Shown: positions 1-10,327, counted from the first letter of the stretch. The stretch: 64,000 nt of DNA from Candidatus Acidulodesulfobacterium acidiphilum (GCA_008534395.1 SHMQ01000002.1:1557-65556), one strand, 5' to 3'. Numbers and translations are program-made. Notes: generated by a model from the letters alone, not told the origin.

Positions 1-486
1 CGTTATAAAATCCAAAAATACTTTATAGTTAGGATTACCGACTTTAGCCTCCAGCGATTTATTATATGCAACGCTATCATTTTCACAGTCTATATAACTC
101 CGCCTCGTGCTTAAATCCGGATTTTGGTTGTAAAGACGTTTTCCTAATAAATAGGATATTTCGTCTATTTTAAACAGACTTTTCGTTTTGATATAGCCTG
201 CCCAGCAATATGTAACTTCAGCGGGAGACATATAGTGCAAAAACAGTTTATAATTAGGATTGCCGTTTCCTTCCGCAAGTTTTTTATTGTATTTAAGCAT
301 AAAAATCTTGCATACTTGATAACTCTGCGTGGTAGTTAAATCAGTTTTTTTCTTATAAATAGATTTACCGGCTATATAAGCGGCTTCGTCAAGTTTCTGT
401 AAATTAGAATATACGTCGGCATGAGCAAGCGAAATCATCGAAATAAAAGAAAGAACTAAAACCGTAAAAAAAAATATTTTTTTCAA
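1..486 (-). CDS. partial hypothetical secreted protein (3' end outside window)
   Basis: My own minus-strand translation. TTG at 486 follows a GGGGGG SD-like run. Signal-like N-terminus LKKIFFFTVLVLSFISMISLAHA. Internal repeat GNPNYK(L/V)FL. Frame stays open to the window edge, so it is absent from the ORF track. Confidence 0.45.
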   Translation of the reverse strand, partial: MKKIFFFTVLVLSFISMISLAHADVYSNLQKLDEAAYIAGKSIYKKKTDLTTTQSYQVCKIFMLKYNKKLAEGNGNPNYKLFLHYMSPAEVTYCWAGYIKTKSLFKIDEISYLLGKRLYNQNPDLSTRRSYIDCENDSVAYNKSLEAKVGNPNYKVFLDFIT

Positions 487-498
487 TTTTTGTCCCCC

Positions 499-1245
499 CT
501 AAATATTTATATTTAGCAATAAAGCAGCAATAGCATTAATTTCTTCTACCGAAAATATCTGAGACGTGTTATCGAACATACTTACTGCATTGCTGACAGC
601 ATCGTATCTTGACTTTGCGGGTTTATTCAAAGAACTCGTCATATGAGCATCATCGATGAACCTGTCGGCTATGCCGATAACATAAGCGCTTCTCGAAACT
701 CCCGTCATCTTTTTGTTGTAGCCTTTTGCTAAAGGCAATTCGTGGTGGTCTAAAATAGCCAACGTCGAAACGGGAGATATTGGTAATGCCGAATTAGCCG
801 ATAACTTAGTATGTTGTTTCATCATATCGTATTCGCCTCCAGTTAAATCTCCCTTATATAAAATATATTCGGGTATGCCGATAAGACCGCTATTAGCCAT
901 ATACGAAGCTACCACTAAATCTTCTTTTTCTAATCTGGCTTCTTCATTATTACCGCTTTTAATCAAGTCGAAATCCATTTTTAGAAGCTCAAATATCGAC
1001 ATCGCCACTGCGCCCGTCTTTACGCATTTGTCGAATATTATAGGCTTATTGACCGCTACGTACCCTAAAATCGTGTTTAAAGATTTTATTTTTTCGGATA
1101 CCGGCTGCACCTGATTATTTTCAGGATTTGGATTTTCTTGCGACGGTTCTTGAATATCCGCATTGTCTTGATTAACGGTTTCTTCCGTTTGAACGCCTGC
1201 CGTCTCAGTGGTTTGTTCTTGTAGTTCTTCTTGATTCTCCAGCAT
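499..1245 (-). CDS. hypothetical protein, possibly a degenerate HD-GYP-like domain
   Basis: 248-aa ORF with an acidic Q/E/N-rich N-terminus. DHHELPLAKGYN resembles a degraded HHE..GYP motif. No clear catalytic HD pair. Function is tentative. Confidence 0.4.
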   Translation of the reverse strand: MLENQEELQEQTTETAGVQTEETVNQDNADIQEPSQENPNPENNQVQPVSEKIKSLNTILGYVAVNKPIIFDKCVKTGAVAMSIFELLKMDFDLIKSGNNEEARLEKEDLVVASYMANSGLIGIPEYILYKGDLTGGEYDMMKQHTKLSANSALPISPVSTLAILDHHELPLAKGYNKKMTGVSRSAYVIGIADRFIDDAHMTSSLNKPAKSRYDAVSNAVSMFDNTSQIFSVEEINAIAALLLNINI

Positions 1246-1258
1246 AATATTAATCCTC

Positions 1259-2011
1259 CTATGATTTTTTTGACTTGCAAGTATATTTTATATACCAAGC
1301 TTTACATCCCACGGTAAACAAAGGAATAAATGCGCTTATTCCGTAAACCAAAGCGCTTTTTACCATAAGGTCGAAAAAAGACGGCCTTATTAATTTATAA
1401 AACAACAAAGAGTAATAAACCCTTTTCTGCGGCAAACTTCTGTCTATGAATTTTGCCCAAGAAAAAAAAGTAACGAAATAATGCCCTATCGAGACAAAGC
1501 CGGATAATTTATAAAGCAGATAAAAAACAACTATTGAAAAACCGCCTATAAGCCCTATCATAACCGTTCTTCCCGTTAGAAGGGATAATATAGCTATTTT
1601 GGTTATTCTTCCCGTATAAAGGCTTGCAAGGGTCAGGCAAAGCATTAAATAAGCTATAAGCGGAAGAAGCGCAACCGATATTAAAAGAACCTGCTTAAAT
1701 AACCCTATCGGATGTCCGGTAAAAAAATATACGTAATCAGGTATTATAAAGGCAAGCAGAGGAAATAAGAGTAAAGTAAAAAGCAGTTCAAAAGAACCGT
1801 GTTTCATTCCTACGTTCATATACTCAAGCCTGTCTTTATAAGTAAATCTGTCTGTTTGCAATTTAACGCCCTCTAATTCTATAGCTCTCCATTTTTGCAC
1901 TTGGTCTATAACTTCCATAAATGTTAGAACTTTTTTCTTTTTTTCGGGCATCATAACGCCCGGAGTGCCTGAGCCTTGATTAAACATACCATCGAAATCA
2001 TCATTATTCAT
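1259..2011 (-). CDS. polytopic membrane protein, unknown function
   Basis: ORF track gives 1259..2032. The ATG at 2011 (MNNDDFDG) has a GGGGG SD and overlaps the iscB stop as ATGA. Several long hydrophobic segments. Confidence 0.6.
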   Translation of the reverse strand: MNNDDFDGMFNQGSGTPGVMMPEKKKKVLTFMEVIDQVQKWRAIELEGVKLQTDRFTYKDRLEYMNVGMKHGSFELLFTLLLFPLLAFIIPDYVYFFTGHPIGLFKQVLLISVALLPLIAYLMLCLTLASLYTGRITKIAILSLLTGRTVMIGLIGGFSIVVFYLLYKLSGFVSIGHYFVTFFSWAKFIDRSLPQKRVYYSLLFYKLIRPSFFDLMVKSALVYGISAFIPLFTVGCKAWYIKYTCKSKKS

Positions 2012-3249
2012 AGCTCGGATACCCCCATACAAGGGAGGAGAGCTATCCTCCTTGTTTTAAAAGTTTCAATCAACCTTAATTTTATATATTTAACCGAAGC
2101 GTTGATTTTTTCTCCGGTCAAAAGCCTTAAATCAAAATAGCCTGAACTTCTTAAGCTGTAAATAAAGCACTCTATCTTGCCGTATAATACCTTATCAAAC
2201 CTGTGGAAACCAAAAGCCTGTTTAATGGTATTAACCTTTCTTTTACCGCCTTTAAGCAGGTTAGCCTTAAATAAAGAGCGGTTACACTTGCGGACGTATT
2301 TAATGAAATAGTTATTGTCCGTCCTTTCCTGTCCGCTCCCGCCTGCTATGCAAAAGGCGTCGTTAGCGTGGCTCTTTTCGAGTTTTAACGCTATCCTTGA
2401 GGACTTGGTAAGGTAGCCGTAAGTAATGCTAACGGCGTTGCCTAACTCCCGCAGCTTATTAACTATCTTCCAGCGCAGGATAGACATAATAGTTTCAGCT
2501 TTAAAGGCTTTATGTTTCTTGACTTTAAGCTCTATCTTGCCTTTATGATACGCCTTATGGCAACTTTCGCATAATGTTATAAGGTTATCCGGTCTATCCC
2601 CGCCTGTCTGACGGCTTTCGATGTGGTGAACGTTTAATACCTTATCCTTGCTCTTGCCGTTACAAGCTTGGCATTTATGACCGTCCCTGTAAAGAACGTA
2701 TTCCCTTACGTTCCAAAAGTCCTTTTGATCGCCGTTCTGATAGTCCGTTCCCGTTATATCCGGATTCTTAATTTTCTGGATATCGAAAACAGCGGCTTCG
2801 ACGGTAATCTCCGATACAGGCAATATAGACTTAACAAAATCTACCGCTTTAACATGCTCGTTAAGCCTGTGTTCTACGCTCGGAGCGAGCCAACCGGCTT
2901 TAATACCACGGTTTAAGAAACGAGCCTTGCGATACCATAACCTATTGCGTCTCGTCCTGCGGTATTGCCTTTTCTCCGATAAGAGCTTTTGTATGTCGGT
3001 TCGTAATTCTACTTCGGAGCGAAAAAGCTCTTTATCGCTTGATACCGCCGATAATCCGACGTGCTTATAGCCGGTATCGACGCCTAATTTGACGTCTTGA
3101 ACCTGATTTTCACAATCAAAGTTAAGCTGAATTGTAAAAGGCGTTCTTTTAACCACTTTAGCCCTGCCTTGCTTTAAAAGTTTTCTTGCTTTAGCCGCTT
3201 TGCACGGCATTAACGGTTTACCGTCAATACTTAAAACATAGACTAACAT
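2008..3249 (-). CDS. iscB: IscB RNA-guided nuclease (OMEGA system, Cas9-ancestor family), copy 1
   Basis: 413 aa. PLMP motif (DGKPLMPC). RuvC-I GVDTGYKHVG. Arg-rich bridge RQYRRTRRNRLWYRKARF. RuvC-II ITVEAAVFD. HNH insert CQAC..HHIESRQTGGDRPDNLITLCESCH. RuvC-III SHANDAF. Confidence 0.9.
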   Translation of the reverse strand: MLVYVLSIDGKPLMPCKAAKARKLLKQGRAKVVKRTPFTIQLNFDCENQVQDVKLGVDTGYKHVGLSAVSSDKELFRSEVELRTDIQKLLSEKRQYRRTRRNRLWYRKARFLNRGIKAGWLAPSVEHRLNEHVKAVDFVKSILPVSEITVEAAVFDIQKIKNPDITGTDYQNGDQKDFWNVREYVLYRDGHKCQACNGKSKDKVLNVHHIESRQTGGDRPDNLITLCESCHKAYHKGKIELKVKKHKAFKAETIMSILRWKIVNKLRELGNAVSITYGYLTKSSRIALKLEKSHANDAFCIAGGSGQERTDNNYFIKYVRKCNRSLFKANLLKGGKRKVNTIKQAFGFHRFDKVLYGKIECFIYSLRSSGYFDLRLLTGEKINASVKYIKLRLIETFKTRRIALLPCMGVSEL

Positions 3250-3521
3250 AATCGTTTTTAAAACCTCCTGTTAGTTGAAGTTAGATACGCATCGGGAATG
3301 TTATTCAAGGTTTTTAAGTCTGTCACACTATCCATTACCCTCTCAGGATTGTTTAATAACAGACCACAGTTGCTACGGACTTGCGTTTTACGGGTCAATT
3401 CCCGATATCCGTAGGTGTGTGCCTTATAGGTTCTCTTGAATAACTGCTGATTAAACATAATTTAATCTCCCTTATCAACCGGCTTTTGCAAGCCTGCGGA
3501 TTTATCCGCGGGTGGTTGACT
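3250..3521 (-). ncRNA. omega-RNA-like scaffold upstream of iscB copy 1 (left end of element at about 3521)
   Basis: Locally GC-richer region directly 5' of iscB. Shares nucleotide blocks with the region upstream of iscB copy 2: ACCACAGTTGCTACGGAC, ATCCGTAGGTGTGT, GGATTGTT, TCAACC...GGTTGACT closing stem, and an internal hairpin CCTGCGGATTTATCCGCGGG. The 66-aa ORF here is probably spurious. Confidence 0.7.
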
Positions 3522-3552
3522 GTTTTTTAGTTCCAAAATTGCCTCCAGAAAA

Positions 3553-4092
3553 CTACAAAAATTTTCGTATAAAATATTGATTGTGAGTTAATGCGTATAT
3601 ATCCGCCTTTGGCACAAAATTTAAAACAAGTACAATTAAAACCGCAAGCAACGGCAAAGTAACAAGTCCGTATTCCTGAATAGTCCCAACTCTGAATAAA
3701 TGCAGGCAAAATCCTTTTTTCGTAATAGGATACAAAAACGGAACGCCTTCCATAGTGAGGCTATCGAGGAATAGATGAGAAAGAAAGGCAAGCGTAAAAA
3801 CGGTTATTTCAGGTTTAAGGTTTATATCGTAATGAATATATCTTCCTTTTAAATAAATAATGCCGAAAATACAAACCGCAAGAAATAATAGCGTATGAGC
3901 AATGCCTCTGTGCTTCCATATCGTATTTTTTTTTCTTGAGTCTCCCAGTATTAAATCTATATCCGGCAAAACACCGCCTACCATTCCCGTTAATAAGAGA
4001 GGAACGGTATTTATAGGGGCGTGACTTCCGCTAACGCCGATATAGGCGGCGGTGACGGTTAAACCGGCTATAATATGAGTTATTCTCGTCAT
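3553..4092 (-). CDS. YdjM/DUF457-like membrane-bound metal-dependent hydrolase
   Basis: 179 aa. MTRITHIIAG..., PDIDLILG and HRGIAHTLLF motifs within hydrophobic helices. Confidence 0.65.
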   Translation of the reverse strand: MTRITHIIAGLTVTAAYIGVSGSHAPINTVPLLLTGMVGGVLPDIDLILGDSRKKNTIWKHRGIAHTLLFLAVCIFGIIYLKGRYIHYDINLKPEITVFTLAFLSHLFLDSLTMEGVPFLYPITKKGFCLHLFRVGTIQEYGLVTLPLLAVLIVLVLNFVPKADIYALTHNQYFIRKFL

Positions 4093-4169
4093 GAAAAAAA
4101 TTAAAAAAATAAAAGTTTACGTGAACTACCCGCCCTTACGGACGGGGACTTAAAGTTATAGATTAGTTA

Positions 4170-4207
4170 AAAAATATCACTTTAATAAATGTTTGTCAAT
4201 ACAAAAA
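4170..4207 (-). promoter_or_regulatory. conserved 38-bp promoter cassette, copy 1 (TTGACA, 14 nt, TGaTATTTT on minus strand)
   Basis: Near-identical sequence recurs at 22810..22848 and 23598..23636, each just upstream of a minus-strand gene. Confidence 0.5.
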
Positions 4208-4263
4208 TTAAACAAAAAGATATTATACGGAAAAAATTAGTTAGTGGTATATGCTATATATTG

Positions 4264-6780
4264 TTATATAGTATTATCTTCCTTTAGGAACGAAGACTCG
4301 TATTTTTTATTAGTGTAAATTATTACTTTTTCCTTCGCCCTTGTTAATGCTACATAATAAAGCCTTCTTTCTTCTGCAAAAGGATATTCGTTAACGGTAT
4401 CGGATACGAGATCAAGAATAGAATCGCTTGCGTTTTCGGAAGGAATATTTTTTTTATTCGCATAAATCAAAAAAACAATATCCGCTTCAAGTCCTTTAAC
4501 CCCGTGAATAGTATCGTTCAATACGGTTATATGCTGTTTTTTAAATTCATCTTTAAGCCTGTCGATTTCAAGAGCGTATAGTTCTTTTTTTAAATATGCG
4601 CCGTTTTTTCTGTTAAGAATATATACGGTTTTATTTTTTTCGTCCTTTAAATATTTTTCTATATCGGTAAATATATCCGATTCTTTTTCATAGTTTACTA
4701 TTACGACGGCATCATCTTCGGAATTTGTATTTGCGATTATGCTCTTTTTAATCTGGTTCGGATTTTTCTGAATAAACTCGGAAGAATAATCGACTATTCC
4801 CTTGTCACATCTGAAAGTTTTCGTTAAAAAATTAGTTTTTGTGCCGTAACCGCAGCTTTTGAAATATTTATCGAAGTCATAGATATATTTAATATTGGCT
4901 CCGGCAAAACCGTTAATAGCCTGATAATCGTCGCCAACCGCAAAAAGTTTCGCGTCTTTGTTTTTATTTAAAACTGCTTGAACCATATTAAACTTAGAAT
5001 CCGAAATATCCTGAAATTCATCTATCATGATAAGTTTATAATCTGGGGTAAAATCGCCGGAATTAATGCTTTCTGCGGCCTTTATTACCATATCGGTATA
5101 GTCTATCATGTTTTTGCTTTTAAGTTCGTTTGCGTAGGCGCTATAAACTTCTTCGAACATTTTTAAAAACAAAATATTTCTTTTCCTGCCGTATGAAAAC
5201 TTAATAGATTTGGCTTTTCGTTTTAATTCATCAAGGCTAATTTGCCTGTCCTTAAAATTATCAAGGAAACAGACGAGCAAGTCGTTCAGTTTATTCTCCC
5301 CTATTCTACCTAAATCCCTGTTGATTTCCGATACGGATTTAGGAACAAGTTTTAAACCTCTCTTAATGAGTTCTTTTTTAAGATAGCCAAATAGTTTGCC
5401 TGAAAAAAACATACCGCTCGTGGTTGCAATAAAATCTATTTTGTCTTTTTTGTAAAGTTTTATTTTTCTATCCATATTTTCTATATATTCTTCCCCGAAA
5501 ACCGATTTACCGCAGTTGTCAACGGCAAAATGCTCGTGATATAAATCTGCATCAGGGTAATAGAAATCAGGATTAGCGACAATCTGTTTTTTATTCTTTG
5601 AAAAATAAGGCTTTTCATATTGATAGTTGACGCCGTTTACGTATAGATAGTTTGCTATAACCGCTTCTTGATAAGACTTAACATATTCGCCTTTTATGGT
5701 CCTATAACGGATATCTTTGCCGGTTGCAGCTTTTTTATATCTGTCTCTTTCCAATAAATCATTGTATTCGGCGTAGGGTTCGGCAGTTTCTTTTAAATCA
5801 GATAAATAGCGGGTTACAAATTCAACATAATAACCGAAGAATTTTTTATTGACGGAAGCGTAATTTCTAATAAATCTGTTCGCAAAATTTTCGTCGGCTA
5901 CCGAAACCGTACCGTCTCCTGATTTATTTATAACCAAAAAACCAAAAGAATGAAAAGTATGAATATTTCCCCTTCCTAAATCAATGCCGATTAAACCTGC
6001 TCTTTTAATTAATTCTTCCCTGACTTTTTTATTAAAAGCCAATAGAAGTATCTGTTCTGGTTCATATAAACCTTTTTTCAGAATATAATTTAATTTATAA
6101 AGCATAGTTTCGGTTTTACCGGAACCTGCCGCTGCAATTAAAAGGTTTCTGTCTTCAAACGTTATAATTGCGTTTTTCTGCTCCTCGGTAAGCTCATTGC
6201 CTTTTGCGCTAAAGAAAAGGTTTTTATATTTATTTTTTTCCGATTTTATATATTCGGCGTTTCTTTTTTCTATTTCTTCCGTAAATCTAAATTCTGCTAT
6301 GTTTTTTATTTTTTGGGATAAATCGGCGTCGTCAAGCAATTTATACATAGAAGATTTTACAAGATAGGAACAGTAGTTTACTAAAGCGCCGTATTTTTCT
6401 TTAAGTAAAGATATATCGGAATATGCGACATATTTGTCCTGAGACATTAAATCTTTGTAATCGGAACGCAAGATTTCTATTCCTAAATCGTTTAACTTTA
6501 AAAGACAAAGAGATTTGAGTTTAGGGGATAATGAATGCAAAAAATTATCTATAGTTATATTCAGAACAAAAGACAGTTTAATGCTGGGGCGATTATTCAA
6601 AATAACGACTATTGTAGAAAAAATAAAAGAGCTGCCGTATTTTATATCGTAAATATCGTCGTATTTAATAGATGTTTTATTTTTGCCGTTTTTAAAAATA
6701 AATAAAGCAGGCGGGTCGTCTATTAAACTTAAAGATTTTCTTTCAAATATGTTTAATAAAGCAAACGGTTTTATCTGCAT
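4264..6780 (-). CDS. UvrD/Rep superfamily-1 helicase, helicase IV (HelD)-like
   Basis: 838 aa. Walker A AAAGSGKTET. IMIDEFQDIS. YVALTRAKEKV. Inserted module IANYLYVNGVNYQYE...PDFYYP...HEHFAVD. About 200-aa N-terminal extension of unknown function. Confidence 0.8.
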   Translation of the reverse strand: MQIKPFALLNIFERKSLSLIDDPPALFIFKNGKNKTSIKYDDIYDIKYGSSFIFSTIVVILNNRPSIKLSFVLNITIDNFLHSLSPKLKSLCLLKLNDLGIEILRSDYKDLMSQDKYVAYSDISLLKEKYGALVNYCSYLVKSSMYKLLDDADLSQKIKNIAEFRFTEEIEKRNAEYIKSEKNKYKNLFFSAKGNELTEEQKNAIITFEDRNLLIAAAGSGKTETMLYKLNYILKKGLYEPEQILLLAFNKKVREELIKRAGLIGIDLGRGNIHTFHSFGFLVINKSGDGTVSVADENFANRFIRNYASVNKKFFGYYVEFVTRYLSDLKETAEPYAEYNDLLERDRYKKAATGKDIRYRTIKGEYVKSYQEAVIANYLYVNGVNYQYEKPYFSKNKKQIVANPDFYYPDADLYHEHFAVDNCGKSVFGEEYIENMDRKIKLYKKDKIDFIATTSGMFFSGKLFGYLKKELIKRGLKLVPKSVSEINRDLGRIGENKLNDLLVCFLDNFKDRQISLDELKRKAKSIKFSYGRKRNILFLKMFEEVYSAYANELKSKNMIDYTDMVIKAAESINSGDFTPDYKLIMIDEFQDISDSKFNMVQAVLNKNKDAKLFAVGDDYQAINGFAGANIKYIYDFDKYFKSCGYGTKTNFLTKTFRCDKGIVDYSSEFIQKNPNQIKKSIIANTNSEDDAVVIVNYEKESDIFTDIEKYLKDEKNKTVYILNRKNGAYLKKELYALEIDRLKDEFKKQHITVLNDTIHGVKGLEADIVFLIYANKKNIPSENASDSILDLVSDTVNEYPFAEERRLYYVALTRAKEKVIIYTNKKYESSFLKEDNTI

Positions 6781-6822
6781 TTTTGCTGTGTCCGCAATGC
6801 GGAAATTAGTTTGAAAAAAAAA

Positions 6823-7188
6823 TTAATCTTTATCGTATTTATTAGCTTCTTTTGAAATATCCGAAACGATTTTTGCTATATGCTGTTTTTCCGTCATCTC
6901 AAAGTCCACGCCTAATATAGTTCCTAAAACTAAAGCTAAGATTAAAACTCCGCCGGCGGCGAAAAACATATCGCCTAAAAGTGGAATAAACCACTTAAAT
7001 ATAATTCCTAAAACAGTAAAAACAACGGCAAATATCGTATAATACGCCTTTTTGCTTAATTCAGGCTTATCGCCTGTTTTATGCGATGAATAAGTTTTGT
7101 TTGCCGCATTTTTGCTTCTTTTGTAAAGATAAACAAGCAAAACGACAATGCCGATAATAATTAATTCAGGATAACCGATTCCATACAT
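6823..7188 (-). CDS. small membrane protein
   Basis: 121 aa with three hydrophobic helices. Confidence 0.5.
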   Translation of the reverse strand: MYGIGYPELIIIGIVVLLVYLYKRSKNAANKTYSSHKTGDKPELSKKAYYTIFAVVFTVLGIIFKWFIPLLGDMFFAAGGVLILALVLGTILGVDFEMTEKQHIAKIVSDISKEANKYDKD

Positions 7189-7249
7189 AATTAGCCCCCT
7201 TTAAAAAAATGTTATTTTAATAAATTATATCATAAAAATATGAAATAGA

Positions 7250-10200
7250 TTAATGTTGACCTGGCGCCGTTAATCCAAAAGGATGAACCATTTGTCCTTT
7301 CGCAATATTAAATCCGGTATTAATACTATTATTGAAACTATTAAGATTAATATCACCATAACTCGTTAAGTTAAGTCCTTCGTTAAACGCTCCTGGGTTA
7401 GATAAATTTTTTCCGCCTTGTTTAAATTGATTATATAAATAACCAGCGCCCGACTGAGAAAAAACACCTACGGTTGAAACAGCGACTCCGTCAACTATTC
7501 CTAATCCCTGATCAACTCCTGTATTAATAAAATCTTTTTTGCCCCCGTTAAAACCTGGCGCAAACGGATCATTGTTTTGTAAAAACTGCATTGCCGCCGG
7601 ATTTGCTTCTTTATTAACCCAATGACTCGTAGCCCCCGTCGGTTCGCCTACTGAGCCTATACTTGGCAACGGAAGATTATAAGCATTACTCGCCGCATTA
7701 TTTAAATTAACATAATTGCCGCCGTTATTGTTAAAATTGCCGTTAATTACGCCTTGAGCATGTTTTACCTGACCAGATATATTTGTAGGAACCGAAGATG
7801 TCGCCGAATGAAGAACTTTTCCTCCTGCATTGATGCCAGCATTAACTCCAGGAATCATTGCGCTTTTATCTCCAAAATTTGCCATTTGCTGCAATACTGG
7901 AGCCATAGTCGATAAATGTTTAGAATCGGTAACAAAATTTGAAAACTGTCCGACAAAATTGGAGAGACCGCCTTTACCCGTATGTGTGGCGTTTAAAAAT
8001 GCCGGCGTTACGCCTCCCGTAACCCCCATCGTTCCAGTTTGCACTTCTCCAAGTTCCTGCTTTAAATCCTTAATTTTAGACTCCGTTTGTTCTAATCTAT
8101 TAACTTGGCTTAACTCATGTCTTGCATCGTTACTAATACCAGCAATATGTTTGCTTGCTATAGTCGCTAAATCTTGATGCAGCGTGCCTGTATTCCGAGC
8201 AACGCCGGAAGCCGTTGCCGTCGTATGAGCCGAATTAACGGAATGGCTGCTTCCAGTAGTTACAGCACCTCCTATGCCATCTATTTCTAATCCTACAGTA
8301 CCATTTTTTCCAGTAGTAGTATTATGCGCCGTCGTCGTATTTTGTCCGTTCTTCGTTGAATTAAAAACCTTAACGGTTTGAATATGTCCTGAAGTAGAGG
8401 TATTGCCTTGCGAAGCTTCATATTTATTATATCTGTTTATAATGCTGTCGGAAGCTTTAGTAACAGACTGAGATCTGCTGTTCAATTCTCTTTCTTCATG
8501 CGTTAAGTTGGTTTTAATATCTGTTTCTAATGCTTTTCTCTCGTTAGCGCTCATATTGCTAGAAACGTTTGTAAAGCCCCATCCGTCAGAACCTTTTTCC
8601 AATGTAGCAGTAGCACCACTTCCCGCCTGGACGGACGCATATTCATGTCCTCCGTTTTCATAGGTATTTACTTTCATACCGTCGATTATCTGCTCTCCTG
8701 TATTTGCGCCGTGCTCGTTTGTAAAATTTCTTGCCCTATATCCCGTATTTTGAACGTTCGTGACATTCGTCCCATTAGCAAGATAGATATTATCTTTAAT
8801 CTGCCCCGCCGTCATATTGCCTAATCCTGCTTCTGCTCCTTTAACCGAAGCGTTTTTAGATATGGCGCTGTCCATTCCGCCGACTACGCTTGCGACGGCG
8901 TAACTGGAACCTGAGGCTATCATATAGGCAACCATTGGAACCGACCATGAGAAATAACCCATCCAAGACAAGGATGTAGCAAGGAAAGAATTTACCGTTC
9001 CACTTCCGGAAACGGAATAGCCTAAACCTGCAATAGGTTGATACTGCGCTTGAATTATAAGCTGCGTTATATAATTAAATATTGCGGTCAAAGACGGCCA
9101 AATCGTAATCATAATCATAAGCTGAAATAAGAGCTTAAGGTATGACACGCCCATATGCGTTAAAATAAGAATAAAAATAATAACGGAAGCGCCGAGTAAA
9201 ATCGCTTCGAATATGCCGAAAACTATCGGCATATATTTGCCCGCAAGTATGCCGGACTCCATCATGCCCGTTTTAGTAGATGTTACCCCCGTTCCGGTTG
9301 CTACGGCCAAAGAAGAAGCGTTTGAATCGGACGCCTGAGCCATTTTTAAAATTGCGGGAGCATACATATTGACGCCTATCGCCTGCATAAGCTGAGCCTG
9401 ACCGCCCTGCTGCATATTAAATATATAAGGATTAACCGCGCCTATGGCATTTGACAGGTCGGAAAAGGAAGCCATTTGTAAACCGCCCGCTATAGCCGGA
9501 CCTGCGTTATTTGTTATATAATCCTGAACGGCAGTTTGAAGCCAAGTAGTTTCCTGAGAACAAGTGGTTGTCGTTCCGCCGGGATCGCTTTGACCCGAAG
9601 CCGTTTCGGTAACGGAAGTTGGGGAACTACCTGAATACCATTCCGTAAGCAGATTGCCGCCCCCGCCGGTTGCGGTATTAGACGTGTAAGTGCTCATAAC
9701 CGTCCAAATGCTGTTTGCGGCGTTAGAGTTATAAGTTTGGGACGCGGTATCGGTTGCGTCTCCGGCTCCCAAAAGTTCGGAAACGTCTAAATATCCGGCG
9801 GATATTCCCGGCGCTACGCAGTTTGAAATATACTGGTTATAATCCTGATAAAGATAGGAATTAGACGTCGAAATAGTGGCGCTGTCCGCCTGCTGAATTA
9901 TGGAAACGCCTAAACCTTCGGACAGCATATTATCTCCGGCAGGAACTGAAAAATCATTAGTAAAATCTTTGGCAAGCCCGTATTGAATAGTCGTAAAATC
10001 CGACCATAAAACCGCTATTCCCCAAGGAACGTTACTTATAGGTTGGGCGTTTGTAGGAGCCGCGGGATTTGAAACATCGTTAATAATTACGGTAGTCTGA
10101 TTATAAACGAGCCCCGTTAGTATTATACTGAAAACTATAACGTATTTAGCCGTAGAAAGTAGCGAATGCTGATGATAGATAGTAACCCTGATAGCATAAT

Positions 10201-10327
10201 AAATCGCCGCTATTAAAGCCAATATAGTAAACAGAACCCCGATATTATTATTTTTAAAAAACAAGGCTATCGCCTGAAACATTCCGTAAAGCAGATAGCC
10301 GTTTCCGAAAGCGTAAACCGTATACAT
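7250..10327 (-). CDS. traG: F-type conjugation protein TraG (mating-pair stabilisation)
   Basis: 1025 aa. TraG_N-like start MYTVYAFGNGYLLYGMFQAIALFF. Polytopic N-terminal half and a long G/S/T/N-rich periplasmic C-terminal half. Lies directly after traH, as in F. Confidence 0.75.
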   Translation of the reverse strand: MYTVYAFGNGYLLYGMFQAIALFFKNNNIGVLFTILALIAAIYYAIRVTIYHQHSLLSTAKYVIVFSIILTGLVYNQTTVIINDVSNPAAPTNAQPISNVPWGIAVLWSDFTTIQYGLAKDFTNDFSVPAGDNMLSEGLGVSIIQQADSATISTSNSYLYQDYNQYISNCVAPGISAGYLDVSELLGAGDATDTASQTYNSNAANSIWTVMSTYTSNTATGGGGNLLTEWYSGSSPTSVTETASGQSDPGGTTTTCSQETTWLQTAVQDYITNNAGPAIAGGLQMASFSDLSNAIGAVNPYIFNMQQGGQAQLMQAIGVNMYAPAILKMAQASDSNASSLAVATGTGVTSTKTGMMESGILAGKYMPIVFGIFEAILLGASVIIFILILTHMGVSYLKLLFQLMIMITIWPSLTAIFNYITQLIIQAQYQPIAGLGYSVSGSGTVNSFLATSLSWMGYFSWSVPMVAYMIASGSSYAVASVVGGMDSAISKNASVKGAEAGLGNMTAGQIKDNIYLANGTNVTNVQNTGYRARNFTNEHGANTGEQIIDGMKVNTYENGGHEYASVQAGSGATATLEKGSDGWGFTNVSSNMSANERKALETDIKTNLTHEERELNSRSQSVTKASDSIINRYNKYEASQGNTSTSGHIQTVKVFNSTKNGQNTTTAHNTTTGKNGTVGLEIDGIGGAVTTGSSHSVNSAHTTATASGVARNTGTLHQDLATIASKHIAGISNDARHELSQVNRLEQTESKIKDLKQELGEVQTGTMGVTGGVTPAFLNATHTGKGGLSNFVGQFSNFVTDSKHLSTMAPVLQQMANFGDKSAMIPGVNAGINAGGKVLHSATSSVPTNISGQVKHAQGVINGNFNNNGGNYVNLNNAASNAYNLPLPSIGSVGEPTGATSHWVNKEANPAAMQFLQNNDPFAPGFNGGKKDFINTGVDQGLGIVDGVAVSTVGVFSQSGAGYLYNQFKQGGKNLSNPGAFNEGLNLTSYGDINLNSFNNSINTGFNIAKGQMVHPFGLTAPGQH

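Noticed and set aside
3258-3458. 66-aa ORF upstream of iscB copy 1, and the 67-codon N-terminal extension of iscB copy 2 (59270..59470)
   Set aside because: The shared peptide (VRSNCGL) reflects nucleotide-level conservation of a structured, GC-richer region located where IscB omega-RNAs are encoded. Neither start has an SD, and a canonical PLMP N-terminus begins further downstream.
7830-8177. Antisense or alternative-frame ORFs inside large tra, helicase and R-M genes, for example 7830..8177, 2668..2916, 4978..5166, 18318..18933, the 46627..48587 series, and 58116..59486
   Set aside because: Each lies wholly within a longer ORF that has clear family motifs, and none has motifs of its own. 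Such ORFs are expected in AT-rich sequence when alternative start codons are allowed.
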